From a virus (taxonomy: Duplodnaviria > Caudoviricetes), in IMG/VR virus record IMGVR_UViG_3300036958_000333, positions 32,001-96,000 of that record: a stretch of DNA of 64,000 bases, one strand, 5' to 3'. Below the pieces are notes generated by a model. It worked only from the letters and a program-made list of their open reading frames with translations. It ran no database searches and was not told where the DNA came from. This document shows positions 57,181 to 64,000 of this stretch, piece after piece. Position 1 is the first letter of the stretch. Every line of letters begins with the position of its first letter. Both the position numbers and the translations under genes were made by a program.

Positions 57181-58238
57181 ATATATTTAAATTTATTTTT
57201 ATATAAACTTAAATATATATAATTGTCTTTTTCTTTTTGTTTACATGAATTTAATTCTAAAAAATTATTTATTTCATAATGATTTCTAAGAATATAATAA
57301 TTATCATTAATATGTTCTACAAATGCTATAGCATCTATATTATAATTTCCAGAACCAAAAACAGAACTTTCTAATCTTTTTATTATAGATTCATATTTAT
57401 TTTTACTTAAATATATTCCAATATAATCATGTTCGTTCTTTTTTAATTTAAATGATGTAATATCTATTTTAATATTATTATTTATTACATCATATGAATC
57501 TGGACCATTTATTTTAAACATGAAATCAAGATCTACTGGAATCATATATGCATTATAATACGCTAATTCATTTAATTTTCCTTTATATGCATGTTTTAAT
57601 GTATCCAATGTTTTTTCACTAAATTCTTTACATTTATTAATATATTCTTGTTTTATATCACTGTGATTTATAATATAGATATTATTATCATTTTGATATA
57701 ACAAAACATCGTTGTTTTTTTTCTTATATAAACAATCAATAAATATTTTGTAAAACATTTTTCCATTTTTACATTCATATGATCTTATTTCTTTATTGTT
57801 TATATATTTTAATAATATTTCCCCAATATAATAATATAAATTATTTTCTTTATCTACATATACTAACCTTAAAGAATCTTTATAAAACTCTTCTTTATAA
57901 GGAATACTAATGCTTATACTATTAGATTCATGATTTATTTTATTAATATAACAACTAGTTACTTTTGATCCATTTATTTTACAATTATCTACTTTTTTAA
58001 CATCAAATGTTTCATATATATTTTCATCCTCATTTAAAATTAAATGTAATGCTAATTTTTTCTTAAATCCATCTAATGTATTATCTAATATTTTTTCTAG
58101 ACTTCTATTTTGTTTATCATTTATTTTAATCTTTTCTGACATTAATTTTGATATATCTGTTATTATATGTTTTCTTATTTCTACTTCTTCAAATGATATA
58201 TATTTAAAATAATCACTAAGATTTAATTGATTAGTCAT
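57177..58238 (-). CDS. hypothetical protein
   Basis: 353 aa; possible nuclease-like C-terminus (GKLNE...D...D) not established. Confidence 0.55.
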   Translation of the reverse strand: MTNQLNLSDYFKYISFEEVEIRKHIITDISKLMSEKIKINDKQNRSLEKILDNTLDGFKKKLALHLILNEDENIYETFDVKKVDNCKINGSKVTSCYINKINHESNSISISIPYKEEFYKDSLRLVYVDKENNLYYYIGEILLKYINNKEIRSYECKNGKMFYKIFIDCLYKKKNNDVLLYQNDNNIYIINHSDIKQEYINKCKEFSEKTLDTLKHAYKGKLNELAYYNAYMIPVDLDFMFKINGPDSYDVINNNIKIDITSFKLKKNEHDYIGIYLSKNKYESIIKRLESSVFGSGNYNIDAIAFVEHINDNYYILRNHYEINNFLELNSCKQKEKDNYIYLSLYKNKFKYI

Positions 58239-58245
58239 ATTGTAT

Positions 58246-58273
58246 ATTATATATTTTATTTAAAAATCGCCAA
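58246..58273 (-). promoter_or_regulatory. GCG-class promoter TTGGCG-N16-TATAAT, leaderless
   Basis: best match to the motif; ATG 7 nt after the -10 element. Confidence 0.7.
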
Positions 58274-58277
58274 CAAA

Positions 58278-58436
58278 TTAATATGATCCTAGATTAGATA
58301 CAGACATATTTGCTTGAGCCGACAATACAGAACTATCATCTATATTTGATGGAACAAACCATTTATTATCTTTTTTTTCTCTTTTTTTCTTCTTTTTTAT
58401 ATTAAAATCATATATGTATTTTTTAAATGTTTTCAA
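58278..58436 (-). CDS. small basic ORF (52 aa, TTG start) missing from the ORF track
   Basis: MKTFKKYIYDFNIKKKKK...WFVPS; fills the intergenic gap; AGGA upstream. Confidence 0.5.
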   Translation of the reverse strand: MKTFKKYIYDFNIKKKKKREKKDNKWFVPSNIDDSSVLSAQANMSVSNLGSY

Positions 58437-58441
58437 TTATA

Positions 58442-58783
58442 TTATCCTAATACATAATTATTACTAGAAGGACAACCCCACACCGTTATTTTATCTGGTT
58501 TTTTATATATAAATTTTTTGCTTCCAGGAACTCTTTGTCTTATATATCTCGTGTCATATCTGCATTTAAATATTGGAGAAAGCATTTTTTCACACTCTGA
58601 TTGTCTTTCAAATAATATATTAAAATATTTTTCATCTTCAAAATTATTAGTCTCTTTCATTCTATGAAACAAATAATTAGAAAAAGCATACATTTTTTTT
58701 CCACTTAATGATTTGGATTTTGCTATTCTTTTAGCTTTTTCCCATTTTTTCTCGTCTTTTTTTGTTTTTACAAATCCAGGCAT
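58442..58783 (-). CDS. basic hypothetical protein
   Basis: 113 aa; DEKKWEKAK N-terminal helix. Confidence 0.55.
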   Translation of the reverse strand: MPGFVKTKKDEKKWEKAKRIAKSKSLSGKKMYAFSNYLFHRMKETNNFEDEKYFNILFERQSECEKMLSPIFKCRYDTRYIRQRVPGSKKFIYKKPDKITVWGCPSSNNYVLG

Positions 58784-59376
58784 TTATAATATACTGTATT
58801 TTTATTTTTCTTTAATTCTTCTTTTTTAATTATAGAAGCCAAATATACTGAAAACATCGTTTCTTTATCCCATCCATTCTTAACGGCAAGATATAATATA
58901 TCATTTTCAGATACATTTAATATATCACAAATATATTCTAATTTTTCTTTTTCTTTTGATGTTAAGCTGTTTCTTAAATCATTAATATCAGGTAACAATG
59001 ATCGATCTTTTTTAAATGCACTATTTAAAGAATAGTGACTTCCAAAAGTTGTTTTTCCAGAACCAGGTTGTTGATATGAAGATTTCCTAGACAAATTAGA
59101 TCCTGATGGTTTTGTAGACCAAGAAGATCCTTTTGGATAATCGGAACTTTCTTTTATTATTCTATATTTTCTATTATTTTTTTTATCATCTTTTGTATAT
59201 TTTTTCATAAAACTTTTAAAATTTAATTTCTTAAATTTTAAAATATCTTCCATATCATAATTATTTTTATTATATATATAATTTTTTTTAATAAGATTCA
59301 TTCCATTAGATTCATCATCTGGATCATGTATAGGATAATCTTCTAAGTACTCTTTGTTCATTTTTATCTCCATCAA
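58768..59376 (-). CDS. hypothetical protein, possibly head-associated
   Basis: internal NFKSFM...IIKE-S motif; Ser/Gly-rich middle. Confidence 0.5.
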   Translation of the reverse strand: MMEIKMNKEYLEDYPIHDPDDESNGMNLIKKNYIYNKNNYDMEDILKFKKLNFKSFMKKYTKDDKKNNRKYRIIKESSDYPKGSSWSTKPSGSNLSRKSSYQQPGSGKTTFGSHYSLNSAFKKDRSLLPDINDLRNSLTSKEKEKLEYICDILNVSENDILYLAVKNGWDKETMFSVYLASIIKKEELKKNKNTVYYKCLDL

Positions 59377-59406
59377 ATAATATATTTTATAATTTATATA
59401 TATTAA

Positions 59407-59844
59407 TTAAATATAAAAATTTTTAGTCTTTATTAATGCCTTTGTTGTTACTTTATTTAATTTATCAATTGCTTCTTCTAAATATACCCATTTAAAATAA
59501 TCTATTTCTGGTTTTGATTTATTTTTTCCTTCTTTTATTAAGGATTTACATGTTAATTTGTCTTTTGTTAAATCTTCTTCTGAAAGAAATAAAAATATTG
59601 TTAATTTTTTATCTATTTTATCATACTCATATGTGCCCAAATATAATATTTTTCCTTTTTTTTTGTTTATATCTATATCAGTTTCTTCTTTTACTTCTCT
59701 AATAGCTGTGTCAATATTTGATTCTGATTCTTCTTTTTTTCCTTTTGGTATAGTCCAAGATCCATTTTTCCATGACGATCCATAAGGATGACATATCAAA
59801 TACTTATTCATAGATTTTATAATAAACCCACAAGAATGTTTCAT
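59407..59844 (-). CDS. Nudix hydrolase
   Basis: SCGFII, WTIPKG...AIREVKEET Nudix box, PEID; start taken at the internal ATG (MKHSCG). Confidence 0.9.
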   Translation of the reverse strand: MKHSCGFIIKSMNKYLICHPYGSSWKNGSWTIPKGKKEESESNIDTAIREVKEETDIDINKKKGKILYLGTYEYDKIDKKLTIFLFLSEEDLTKDKLTCKSLIKEGKNKSKPEIDYFKWVYLEEAIDKLNKVTTKALIKTKNFYI

Positions 59845-59939
59845 AATATAATTATTTATAAAAAAATAAAAAATTTTTATATATATTATATATAGTTTTA
59901 TATATATTTGTATAAAATAAGATCTAAAGGAGATATAAT

Positions 59940-60512
59940 ATGTCATTAGTAAATTTTAAAGATTATATGTTATTAAATGAAATGTCAGCCGAAGTAAAAA
60001 GAGCTCTTCTTTCTGGAGAACCTCAGAGATTTGAAGCGGCTCTTATTGGTGATTATGGTAAATTAGAAACTCAATTAAAACATCCTCCAAAAACTTCATA
60101 CGCCGTACAAAATGCATCTAACTTTGTTACAAACAGAGAAGAAGGGGATAAATGGATGTCTTTAAGATTTGACGTAGAAGTTGATGGAGAAATAAAACAT
60201 GTTAAAGTTGGAGTTCCAAACGAAGAAATAAGTAATATAAAAAATTATGTATTTACAGTTAATGGTAAAGAAGTAAAATTTAAAACTACAACAAACATTC
60301 CAGGAAAACAAACAGGAAACATTGAATCTGCTATATCTTATATGCTTTATGGAGTTCATAAAGCAGTTTATGGAGATAAAAAAAGAGGAGGAAACAAAGT
60401 AGATAAAATTACCGACAGTATTAAAGATATGTCCAAAGAAGAACTTAGAAAACTTAAACAGCAAATCGAAGAATTAGAAGAAGAAGATTCTGAAAATACA
60501 TCTGAAGAATAA
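59940..60512 (+). CDS. putative internal head protein
   Basis: AAGGAG RBS; N-terminus VNFKDYMLLNE resembles a capsid-targeting sequence. Confidence 0.5.
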   Translation: MSLVNFKDYMLLNEMSAEVKRALLSGEPQRFEAALIGDYGKLETQLKHPPKTSYAVQNASNFVTNREEGDKWMSLRFDVEVDGEIKHVKVGVPNEEISNIKNYVFTVNGKEVKFKTTTNIPGKQTGNIESAISYMLYGVHKAVYGDKKRGGNKVDKITDSIKDMSKEELRKLKQQIEELEEEDSENTSEE

Positions 60513-60533
60513 TTATAAATTATAATTTTATTT

Positions 60534-60568
60534 AAACGGATATTATATTATAAAAATAATATCCGTTT
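60534..60568. terminator. bidirectional hairpin between convergent genes
   Basis: AAACGGATATTAT/ATAATATCCGTTT 13-bp stem. Confidence 0.75.
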
Positions 60569-61656
60569 TATTTTTTTATTGATTTAACATAATACGGATA
60601 TGTTTCTTCATTTATCGGTATATTATTTAATATTTCTTTTAACTTTTCTGATATATATTTAGGAGTTTCAATTCTACAAATAATATATTGATCTCCTTTT
60701 ATATAATTATTATTATAATCTGGTAATCCAACTCCTGAACAAATTATTCTTTGTTCTTCTTGTATTCCTTGTGGTATATTTATTTCCTTAATTCCATATA
60801 ATGTAGGTATTTCTATTTTTCCACCAATTATAGCTTTATGCAATGGAATTGGCATTTGTATTAAAACATCATTATCATTAATTCTATGATAAAAAGGATC
60901 GTCTTTTGTGTATACATTAATTATAAGATCTCCATATCTTTCTTTTTCATATTCATTTCCTAATCCTCTAAGTAATACTCTAAATCCATCTGGACATCCT
61001 TGTGGTATTTGGACATTTGTTTTTTCTTTTTTACTTATAAACCCATATCCATTACAATTTTTGCATTTTTTTGTTATTATTTTACCTATTCCTTTACAAT
61101 TTTGACATACTACTTGAACAGATATTCCAAATCTTTTATTAATTAATAAAATTCCTTTTCCGTTACACTTCTTGCAATTTTCAATATCTTTTTCACTTTC
61201 AGCTTTCAGTCCATTACACTTATTACATATTGTTTTTCTATCATAATTAACCAAAATATTAGATTCTTTTATAAGTAATCTTATATCTATTTCTACTTTT
61301 AAAATAATATTTTTTTGTCTATTTTCTTTTCTATTTTCAGAAAACATGCTTGAAAACATTCCTTCTCCAAACATGCTTTTAAATAATGAATCAAATGATC
61401 CAAAATCAAAATTCGAATAATCATCTGAACTTCCATATTTTAATTTATAATCATAATTTTGTTTTAATTTTGGATCTGATAAAACTTGATATGCTGCTGA
61501 GATTTCTTTAAATTTTTCTTCTATTTCCTTATAATTTTCTTTTTTTATATTTTTATCTGGATGATATTTTAATGCAAGTTTTCTATATGCTTTTTTTATT
61601 TCTTCTTGTGAAGAAGATTCATTTATACCTAATATTTCATATAAATTTTTATTCAT
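60568..61656 (-). CDS. dnaJ: DnaJ chaperone (class A)
   Basis: J domain with HPD, G/F region, four CxxCxGxG-type repeats, C-terminal substrate-binding domains. Confidence 0.95.
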   Translation of the reverse strand: MNKNLYEILGINESSSQEEIKKAYRKLALKYHPDKNIKKENYKEIEEKFKEISAAYQVLSDPKLKQNYDYKLKYGSSDDYSNFDFGSFDSLFKSMFGEGMFSSMFSENRKENRQKNIILKVEIDIRLLIKESNILVNYDRKTICNKCNGLKAESEKDIENCKKCNGKGILLINKRFGISVQVVCQNCKGIGKIITKKCKNCNGYGFISKKEKTNVQIPQGCPDGFRVLLRGLGNEYEKERYGDLIINVYTKDDPFYHRINDNDVLIQMPIPLHKAIIGGKIEIPTLYGIKEINIPQGIQEEQRIICSGVGLPDYNNNYIKGDQYIICRIETPKYISEKLKEILNNIPINEETYPYYVKSIKK

Positions 61657-61668
61657 ATTTATAAAAAA

Positions 61669-61706
61669 TTTCTCCCATTAAATTATAGAAATAACAATGG
61701 GAGAAA
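61669..61706 (-). terminator. hairpin with U-tract immediately upstream of dnaJ; TATAAT in the loop
   Basis: TTTCTCCCATT/AATGGGAGAAA 11-bp stem then TTTTTT on the minus strand. Confidence 0.65.
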
Positions 61707-61721
61707 AAGTATTTTTTTAAA

Positions 61722-62015
61722 TCATTTTATAAAGCTAGCCACAAGTTTTTCGTTTCTATTTTTATCCCATCCTATATTAATTTTAATCTTTTTGGTATTT
61801 TTAATAAGATCAACTGATTCTTTATACGATCTTGTATTTACGGTTCCTAGCTCTGATCGTCCATTTTCAATTGTAAGAATAGTTTTACATTTTTCTCCAT
61901 CGCGTGTTTTTGAACTCAAATTTGGTTTATTAAGAACAATTTCCCTATTTTTGTTTTCTCTAATTCTTTTTATTAAAGAATTCATTTTTTTAGATTTTAC
62001 TACTTTTTCATTCAT
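61722..62015 (-). CDS. hypothetical basic protein
   Basis: AAGGAG RBS; GCG-class promoter upstream. Confidence 0.6.
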   Translation of the reverse strand: MNEKVVKSKKMNSLIKRIRENKNREIVLNKPNLSSKTRDGEKCKTILTIENGRSELGTVNTRSYKESVDLIKNTKKIKINIGWDKNRNEKLVASFIK

Positions 62016-62044
62016 TTTAAATCTCCTTAAAAAATATTTAATTT

Positions 62045-62072
62045 ATAATAATTTAATTTAATATTTCGCTTA
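62045..62072 (-). promoter_or_regulatory. GCG-class promoter TAAGCG-N16-TATTAT
   Basis: motif match. Confidence 0.65.
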
Positions 62073-62624
62073 AATTAATTTAAATATTCCCGACCTTTTT
62101 GATACCAATGTTATTTTGGGATTTTTCTTTTTAATTTCATTAAAATACATTTTATCTATAGTTCCGGCATTTGTATCATTTGGATAAATACTGCTTGTTA
62201 TTATATAATTCATCCCCCAATGATGAGATCCAATTACTTCAAATAATATATTCATAACAATATTTCTTGTATATTTTGTAATATCACCATATATTTTATA
62301 ATAACTTTCAGGTAAATAATAATAAGAACCAGTAAATTTATGAGGTGGTGAAAATAAAAACTTAGATATTTTTAACACTTCTCTTAAATCAATATTATTA
62401 TTAAATCCAACACTTTTTCTTTTAGACATACTCGATTTTATAAAAAGTCTTAGGTCTTCATTTTTTTTAATTAAAAAATTATTTAAGTCTAATAAGATAT
62501 TTGATCTCAATTGTTCATAATTATCTAAAAATATATTTTTTGGTTTTTTTATTAATAATATTTTATTAATAATTAACTCTAAAACGCATGGTTTTATAAA
62601 TATTTCTTTGTTATTATAACTCAT
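62070..62624 (-). CDS. hypothetical protein
   Basis: overlap-coupled ORF. Confidence 0.55.
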   Translation of the reverse strand: MSYNNKEIFIKPCVLELIINKILLIKKPKNIFLDNYEQLRSNILLDLNNFLIKKNEDLRLFIKSSMSKRKSVGFNNNIDLREVLKISKFLFSPPHKFTGSYYYLPESYYKIYGDITKYTRNIVMNILFEVIGSHHWGMNYIITSSIYPNDTNAGTIDKMYFNEIKKKNPKITLVSKRSGIFKLI

Positions 62625-63228
62625 TTGATTTTATATTCTTTTTCATTTTAATCATATATAAAAACCTATTTCCAAACTCTTTTATAGCAATATTATTAAT
62701 ATCCCATTGAGAAAATGGATTTTCTGAATTCCATATTTTAAATATTTGTGATGGCACACATAAAGTTGTTTTATGCCAATACTCTTTTTTAGATAATAAA
62801 AAAAATGATTTTTTCTTTAAAACATAATAAGTCAAATGTTCTTTTAATAAATATTTATTATTATCATCATTATTAATAAAAATCTTGTTAATACAAAATT
62901 TTCTTATATTTGGAATAGAAAATATTAATCTAGAATCTGATTTCATAGACCAAACTATACATTTCAATATAGATTGTCTGTTATTATTTTTTATATTATA
63001 AATTGCATCTGGACATATTACAACATCAAAAAAATTCATATAACTAGATGGATGAAGTGTTATTGTTCTAAAATCACCTGGATTACAATATGTTAATGTA
63101 AATGACATTTTCATTCTATCTAAGTTGTTATAAATAAACATATCATCATCTATTATAAGTATATTTTCATTAGATAATATTGAAGAAAAATTAATTAATT
63201 CATTTTTATTATATCTTAATATTGACAT
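62614..63228 (-). CDS. possible degenerate class I methyltransferase-fold protein
   Basis: FFDVVIC...MKSDSRLIFSIPN resembles the MTase C-terminal half; no GxG motif. Confidence 0.35.
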   Translation of the reverse strand: MSILRYNKNELINFSSILSNENILIIDDDMFIYNNLDRMKMSFTLTYCNPGDFRTITLHPSSYMNFFDVVICPDAIYNIKNNNRQSILKCIVWSMKSDSRLIFSIPNIRKFCINKIFINNDDNNKYLLKEHLTYYVLKKKSFFLLSKKEYWHKTTLCVPSQIFKIWNSENPFSQWDINNIAIKEFGNRFLYMIKMKKNIKSNEL

Positions 63229-63935
63229 TGATTTTTTATCCTTATGTATTCTCTAAAAACATTTCTGAGATCATTGATCATTTCATCTATAGTTCTATGA
63301 ACTCCTATTACTCTTGGTGATGGATGATATAATATAGAAATAAGATATTTTTTATTCCAATTATATATTTTTCCTATCATGTTTTTAATTGAAAAACATT
63401 CTTCTTGTAATTTAGATATTTTTCCTAATGTTTCATAAGCTGTTTTTCCCAATGTTATTATTAATTTTGGATCAACTATTTCTATTTGTTTCTCTAAAAA
63501 ATATAATGATTTATTTATTTCTTCTTCTGTTGGTTTGTCATTATTTCCATTTATGTCTGTTGGATTCCATAAAAAAGCATTAGTAATAAAAATATCTTTT
63601 CTTCCTATTTTTCCAAAAGAAGCTTTATTTAATATATTTTCAAAATTATCTCCAGATGGATCACCATAAATTGGTATTTTTGTTCTTTCAGCTCCATTTC
63701 TTCCAGGAGCTTCAGCTATAAACATAATCTCAGAATCTAAATTTCCACAAGAAATTTCTAAAACACATTTTTTGTTTTTACATCTTTCAGATGGACAAAA
63801 ATTATTAGATTCCTTTATTAATGATAAAAACTTATCTATTTTATATTTATTGGCATTCCAATTAAACAATTCTTTATATATATTATTTAATTCTTCTTGT
63901 GTTTCTCTCCTATTTGATATAAATAATTTTTCCAT
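63216..63935 (-). CDS. uracil-DNA glycosylase family 4-like
   Basis: IMFIAEAPG, ITNA, KPTEEEI, ITLGKTA, YHPS. Confidence 0.88.
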   Translation of the reverse strand: MEKLFISNRRETQEELNNIYKELFNWNANKYKIDKFLSLIKESNNFCPSERCKNKKCVLEISCGNLDSEIMFIAEAPGRNGAERTKIPIYGDPSGDNFENILNKASFGKIGRKDIFITNAFLWNPTDINGNNDKPTEEEINKSLYFLEKQIEIVDPKLIITLGKTAYETLGKISKLQEECFSIKNMIGKIYNWNKKYLISILYHPSPRVIGVHRTIDEMINDLRNVFREYIRIKNQCQY

Positions 63936-63944
63936 AACAAATTA

Positions 63945-63973
63945 ATAATAATTAAAAAAATAAATTTCGCCTA
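63945..63973 (-). promoter_or_regulatory. GCG-class promoter TAGGCG-N17-TATTAT upstream of UDG
   Basis: motif match; ATG 9 nt after the -10 element with no SD. Confidence 0.6.
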
Positions 63974-64000
63974 ATATATATTTAATATATATTTTGTTTG

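Noticed and set aside
61657-61720. CIRCE element upstream of dnaJ
   Set aside because: The inverted repeat does not match TTAGCACTC-N9-GAGTGCTAA
2651-62061. Other short antisense ORFs in the track (e.g. 2651, 5754, 16173, 17033, 21405, 24125, 31955, 36714, 36993, 40939, 41509, 43520, 44180, 49413, 50017, 59514, 59558, 60162, 60908, 61792)
   Set aside because: They overlap well-supported genes on the opposite strand and have the Phe/Leu/Ile/Ser-rich composition typical of antisense frames
1-64000. Stop-codon reassignment as in some huge phages
   Set aside because: Genes tile densely in code 11, and TAA, TAG and TGA all end coherent genes
1-64000. tRNA, rRNA or other structured ncRNA genes
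   Set aside because: Intergenic gaps are short and AT-rich and no cloverleaf or T-loop signature was seen; a tRNAscan-SE/Infernal run would be needed to exclude them formally

Overview
This window is a very AT-rich, densely coding segment (standard genetic code) of what looks like a jumbo/huge tailed phage with T4-like (Tevenvirinae-style) replication accessory genes; the host cannot be assigned from the sequence. The minus-strand run at 1954-16599 encodes a putative tail/fibre protein and four tandem paralogous Ser-Gly-X collagen-like fibre proteins. Each of the four ends in a short hypervariable tip followed by an equal-length (747 nt) cassette of two back-to-back Hint domains. The run continues into a multidomain GT2/FkbM glycosyltransferase, a GT9 half-gene and a PAS histidine kinase/receiver pair. 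The middle of the window has radical SAM proteins with the SPASM-like Cys cluster N-terminal to the SAM core, more glycosyltransferases, a nucleotidyltransferase and an adenine methyltransferase. The replication/recombination block has a resolvase, short PolA, sigma-like factor, DnaB/gp41, GroES-like, UvsY, gp32, UvsX, duplicated primase and a PD-(D/E)XK exonuclease, plus three Hef-like endonucleases. The right end has an actin-fold ATPase, a GH24 lysozyme with no lysine in its last 165 residues, a Nudix hydrolase, DnaJ and UDG. Non-coding signals: a recurring (T/A)(T/A/G)(G/A)GCGA-N15/16-TAnnnT promoter motif at eight gene starts (five apparently leaderless), several hairpins and two short local duplications. 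No tRNA, rRNA, CRISPR array or reverse transcriptase was seen. All family calls come from motif recognition by eye, not from database searches.
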